Shown here in pieces: positions 60,316 through 64,000 of a stretch of DNA of 64,000 bases. The stretch covers positions 448,001 through 512,000 of the forward strand of contig CBDCTJ010000007.1 of NCBI GenBank assembly GCA_965222115.1. Direction: 5' to 3'. Both the position numbers and the translations under genes were made by a program. Position 1 is the stretch's first letter, and the number at the start of each line of letters is the position of its first letter. This DNA comes from Planctomycetota bacterium (lineage in GTDB: Bacteria; Planctomycetota; PLA2; JAEUHO01). Under the pieces are notes generated by a model that saw nothing but the letters and a program-made list of their open reading frames with translations, did not search any database and was not told the origin of the DNA.

Positions 60316-60435
60316 GCTGGTAGCTCCTCCTGGGCCGTAGAGCCCGTTTTCTGTTTGCAGCACGGTTTACCGTGACTGCGCGACAGAGGAGCTACCGGCC
60401 TTTTCATCCCATCTCGGTATCTCACTTCGTATCGC

Positions 60436-62106
60436 CTACTTGATCTGCACGGGCACGTTCGTGCGCTGCCCTGTTACGACTATTATTTCCTTCACCTCGA
60501 TGGCATCGGCGTCTCCGACCCCCACGTACAATGTGTACCGGCCGGGACGCAGCGAGTCGATTAAGATATCCTCGCCGTCGGCAATTTGCTCCAGGCTTAC
60601 GTACCAAGTCTTGCCATCCGCCTCTGCCGCTTCCTCGTACCCGATCCTAACTTGTTCATCGACAATACGCTTTCCTCCACGCGAAAGCTGCATGGCGATG
60701 GCGCCAGCACGCGCTAACCGCACCACGAGACTCGGAGCGTCGCCCTCGCTAAGCATGCCGACCGTATCCTCGGTTGGAAGATACCCTGGCATTGATGTCG
60801 TTACCGTGCAGACACCCGCGGGTACGTAGAATCGGGTCGAGCGCCTTTGGCCCTCAACGCTGCAGTTTCCAAATGCGCGCCAGTCACCAGCTACATCCCG
60901 CACGTGCCAGGAGACGTTCGAATCCGGAGGAATCACCTCTCCGGGCGCAGTGACCAGCGAGACTGAAACAGCGATTGATGGAGGTAGTCTAAGATCTAGC
61001 TCCTCGTAGTCCCTCTCAAGCCTGATATCCTTGCTGATGACGTACTTCTCGAGACTAATTGAAAGGCGATAATTGCCCTTGGGGACCTCTGTCTTCACCT
61101 GGGCGGCGTCTTCGAAATCTCGCCCCAGAAGCAGTTTCCTCGACGTTGCCTCAGTTTGGGCGCTCGCGCCCCTGAATTTTACTTCGTCCACATGCGGCAA
61201 GGTGCCGTTTTGCTCAGATACTCGCAGCTTCAACCGGCAAACTTCCTGGAGTGTGCTGTCAACCTGAAGGAAAACGCTACTTGTAACTCCCCGGGCAATG
61301 GTCACTTCTTGACGAACAACTGGCGGAGGTCCATCGAGCCGGTCCTCCCAGTGGTGCCCGTATCGAATCACGATTTCTGCCTCTCCCACCGGAATCCCCT
61401 CCAGAGTGGCAGCGCCGTCTTGACCAATAGTCACATGGTCAATACCTGTTGCTGCCACAAGGTACGCTGACAACCCCAATTTGTCACTCCAACCGTTTAC
61501 GGAAATGCGCAGTGTACCTCCAGGACCAAGTGCAACTGTGCGGGCGTCTCGCGGGCCCGAAGCGCGTCCAGATGTAAGCACAGCCTTACCTGCATACCCG
61601 GGAGCGGCAATCCAGAGGCGCCGTACTTCCGACCGCAAGCCGACCGTACCTCGCGCATCAGAAGCGCCTATGAGACTTGTGTCTGCGCTCACGGGGCGAA
61701 GAATGCGCTCCAAGTAATCCATCTCCGACGAATCCCGGGACTTGACGACATAGACTTGAGCACCCTCAATTGGATGACCATCACGCGTGACGATTCGGAG
61801 CCAATCATTCGGTTGAGGTCCCTTGATACTTTCGAGACCAGCATCTTTAGCGGTATGCCCTCCAGACGACTCCCTGACGGAGGACCCACTGTTAGACGTT
61901 GGATTCGCGTTCCGTGTGACATGAGGCGTCTCGCGGTCCCCATATGGACGTAGTCCCGGTAGATCAGGATTCATAGAACGCGCGTGCTCGCCTAGCACTG
62001 CGACTGGAACCTCTTCACGGGGGGAGATCAGCATCAAGAACATACCGACCATAATGCAAGCCAGTACACCCACGGCGACCTTCTTGCCTCTACTCGGTTT
62101 TGACAT
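60436..62106 (-). CDS. Membrane-anchored carboxypeptidase-regulatory-like domain protein
   Basis: N-terminal TM; DGHPIEGAQV, SDARG, APGY, LRPGRYTL modules; starts 6 bp after the RHS stop. Confidence 0.7.
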   Translation of the reverse strand: MSKPSRGKKVAVGVLACIMVGMFLMLISPREEVPVAVLGEHARSMNPDLPGLRPYGDRETPHVTRNANPTSNSGSSVRESSGGHTAKDAGLESIKGPQPNDWLRIVTRDGHPIEGAQVYVVKSRDSSEMDYLERILRPVSADTSLIGASDARGTVGLRSEVRRLWIAAPGYAGKAVLTSGRASGPRDARTVALGPGGTLRISVNGWSDKLGLSAYLVAATGIDHVTIGQDGAATLEGIPVGEAEIVIRYGHHWEDRLDGPPPVVRQEVTIARGVTSSVFLQVDSTLQEVCRLKLRVSEQNGTLPHVDEVKFRGASAQTEATSRKLLLGRDFEDAAQVKTEVPKGNYRLSISLEKYVISKDIRLERDYEELDLRLPPSIAVSVSLVTAPGEVIPPDSNVSWHVRDVAGDWRAFGNCSVEGQRRSTRFYVPAGVCTVTTSMPGYLPTEDTVGMLSEGDAPSLVVRLARAGAIAMQLSRGGKRIVDEQVRIGYEEAAEADGKTWYVSLEQIADGEDILIDSLRPGRYTLYVGVGDADAIEVKEIIVVTGQRTNVPVQIK

Positions 62107-62112
62107 GGACTG

Positions 62113-64000
62113 CTACTTTCGGGCGCACTTTCGGTTCTTGAAGTACACAGTACACTTAATCGTGAGTGTCCATCCTCCGTATTCGTCGTTTCGTGAGTCC
62201 TGACATGTGCAGATCTTGCTTTTCACTTCAATCTGACACTCGCAGCCGTCACCCAGCGCCTGGCACTTCTTTTTGCCCTTCGATTGCGCAGAGCTAAGGG
62301 CTGACTGTTCCAAGCGCTTCTCGGCCTCCGCCGCCTTCCCTTTGGCCCGCTTGCCGTGCGACTTACAGCGACTAGTGGAAGATATGATTTCGGGGCCGAC
62401 CTCCATCCTTACTGGACCACACTGTCCGCGGCACTTATCGCGCGCTGGTTTTCCCCAGCAAGAAAGTACTTCGACTCTCGGCTTCCAATCAAAAACTCCG
62501 AAGTTCACGACGTAAGAGCGCTGCCGCTCCCAATTCACGCCGTAGGCGACATCGAGACGGCGGATGCGGTCATACGATTCACTTGTCGTCCCGAATGGAT
62601 CGCGAAATTGCACGGGATTGGCATCCGCGTACAAATAGAGAGTCACGCCTGCGTCATGCCCCAGGGGATCTCTTCCTAGGAATCTCCCGTCCTCGTGAGA
62701 GTAGTACCTTGCTCGATACTGCCAAAGCCCCGACTCCTCATCAAACCACCGCCCCGTATAGCCAACATCTTGCCCAAGCGGATCACTCCCTTGAGTCACA
62801 CCACCACGTGTAATCGTCCACTCCCCATACGGCGTATACCGATACTCCGCCGCCTCAGTTTCATCCTCCTCGCTGATGTACATGACCGAACCGAGAGCAT
62901 TTCGGTGATAGAAGTTCCGCGTCAGCTCCGTGGTGTTGCTATCCCCATCAAAGTCAAGCACATCGGCCTGCTCGAGCATGACGACCTTGTCAATACCCTG
63001 ACCATAGACAAAGCGCTGCTTCCACGTCGTCTGCCCATTGCACGCCTCGATGACCTCGACGCCAGAGAGAATGTGACGCTCGACCACCGAATCTACCGTC
63101 TTCTCCACGCGCCTACCCGCCGCATCGTACTTGTAAGACGCAATCAACAGGCCCACATTGTCGCGCACCTCAACAAGCTGATTGCGGTAATCGTAGACGT
63201 ACTCCTGATTCCCGTCGTCGGTGAGATTGCCGTTGTCGTCGTAGAGGTAGGTGGTTCCGCCAACAGCCGTGTACTGATTGAGATTGTTGGTCGTGTAGCT
63301 CGTTGACGACGCGCTTCCGCCATAAGGCGTTACGTCCTTCGTGTTTCGATTTCCATCGTCGTCCATGTCGAACTCGATAAGATCGTCATACGCATTCCCT
63401 ACAGGACTGTCGGGCGTCGTTGAGCCCATGTAGGCCTTTTCAAGTCGACGAATGTTGTCGTACACAAACGCGTCGCCCGAACTACCAGACGCACCAAAGC
63501 GCTCATACGTTCGGTCATGAACATCGTTGTAGCCATAGTCCATGCGCACCAACGTGTTGCCCACCGAATCCTTGTGATGAATGCTCGACACCTCGTTTCG
63601 AAAGCCCGAATACGAATTTTCCTGCGTGGTGTCGTTCTCGAACGTGGCCTTCTTTTCGCGCATACCGATGTAAGTATAGCTTGCAATCGTGTTTGTGCCG
63701 TCGCTGATCGTGCTGAGTGCGCCAATGTCGTTGTAGGTGTAGGTGAGATCGAGCCCGCTGGGGTACTCCTCAGTCGTTTTGCGACCCAGCGCATCGTAGA
63801 TGTTCTTGACCGTCTTGGCATGGGCCGTTCCGGTGGCGTACTCCTGCTTCTCGCTGTAGAGCAGCGAGCGCATGCCGAGTACGGCGTGCTCGAAGGTTAG
63901 CTTGTAATCGTTATCGTTGTTGGTGAGCATGCGACCCAAAGCGTCGAAGGTTCGCGTCTCACTCGTGGTACCCACAAATCCCGTCGCGCGAGTCACCGTA
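62113..64000 (-). CDS. RHS repeat-associated core protein, 5'-truncated by window edge
   Basis: YD repeats; core YTPYG...GYTGRWFDEESGLWQYRARYY...GRFLGRDPLG...YLYADANPVQFRDPFG, then a 158-aa C-terminal extension. Confidence 0.92.
   Translation of the reverse strand, partial: TVTRATGFVGTTSETRTFDALGRMLTNNDNDYKLTFEHAVLGMRSLLYSEKQEYATGTAHAKTVKNIYDALGRKTTEEYPSGLDLTYTYNDIGALSTISDGTNTIASYTYIGMREKKATFENDTTQENSYSGFRNEVSSIHHKDSVGNTLVRMDYGYNDVHDRTYERFGASGSSGDAFVYDNIRRLEKAYMGSTTPDSPVGNAYDDLIEFDMDDDGNRNTKDVTPYGGSASSTSYTTNNLNQYTAVGGTTYLYDDNGNLTDDGNQEYVYDYRNQLVEVRDNVGLLIASYKYDAAGRRVEKTVDSVVERHILSGVEVIEACNGQTTWKQRFVYGQGIDKVVMLEQADVLDFDGDSNTTELTRNFYHRNALGSVMYISEEDETEAAEYRYTPYGEWTITRGGVTQGSDPLGQDVGYTGRWFDEESGLWQYRARYYSHEDGRFLGRDPLGHDAGVTLYLYADANPVQFRDPFGTTSESYDRIRRLDVAYGVNWERQRSYVVNFGVFDWKPRVEVLSCWGKPARDKCRGQCGPVRMEVGPEIISSTSRCKSHGKRAKGKAAEAEKRLEQSALSSAQSKGKKKCQALGDGCECQIEVKSKICTCQDSRNDEYGGWTLTIKCTVYFKNRKCARK

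Larger units (their letters stand above)
58880..60414 (-). mobile_element. IS110-family insertion sequence, IS1111 type (CT core at both ends)
   Basis: 11-bp sub-terminal IRs ATGAAAAGGCC (58885-58895) / GGCCTTTTCAT (60397-60407); CT at 58880-58881 and 60413-60414; short left end and ~380-nt right non-coding end. Confidence 0.9.

Overview
GC-rich bacterial chromosomal window. It is most likely from a Planctomycetota (inference from the planctomycete-type ECF sigma / Ser-Thr kinase pair and several anchored carboxypeptidase-regulatory-like proteins). It holds about 55 CDSs: the 3' part of an SdrD-B-repeat surface protein, an AOR + formate dehydrogenase pair, two ParDE-type toxin-antitoxin modules, folBK, fabL, a diguanylate cyclase, a sigma54 two-component module, a stand-alone rpsD, phoX, a CDGSH-glutamate-synthase-like locus, a Tat-exported molybdoenzyme operon, a kinase-ATPase-TPR protein and the 3' part of an RHS protein. 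No tRNA, rRNA or CRISPR array was seen. The strongest signal is a complete IS110-family (IS1111-type) element at 58880-60414 (minus strand). Its 3' non-coding end folds into a two-loop bridge/seekRNA-like structure whose four guide segments match its own insertion target and circle junction around a CT core. Also notable: a ParDE islet bracketed by a 76-bp duplication of the fdhF 3' end, paired 31-bp palindromic REP-like units, a sigma54-driven Gly/Asn-rich secreted protein, and an RHS with an 11-Cys C-terminal domain and no obvious immunity gene. All calls come from reading the sequence by eye; no database searches or folding programs were run.
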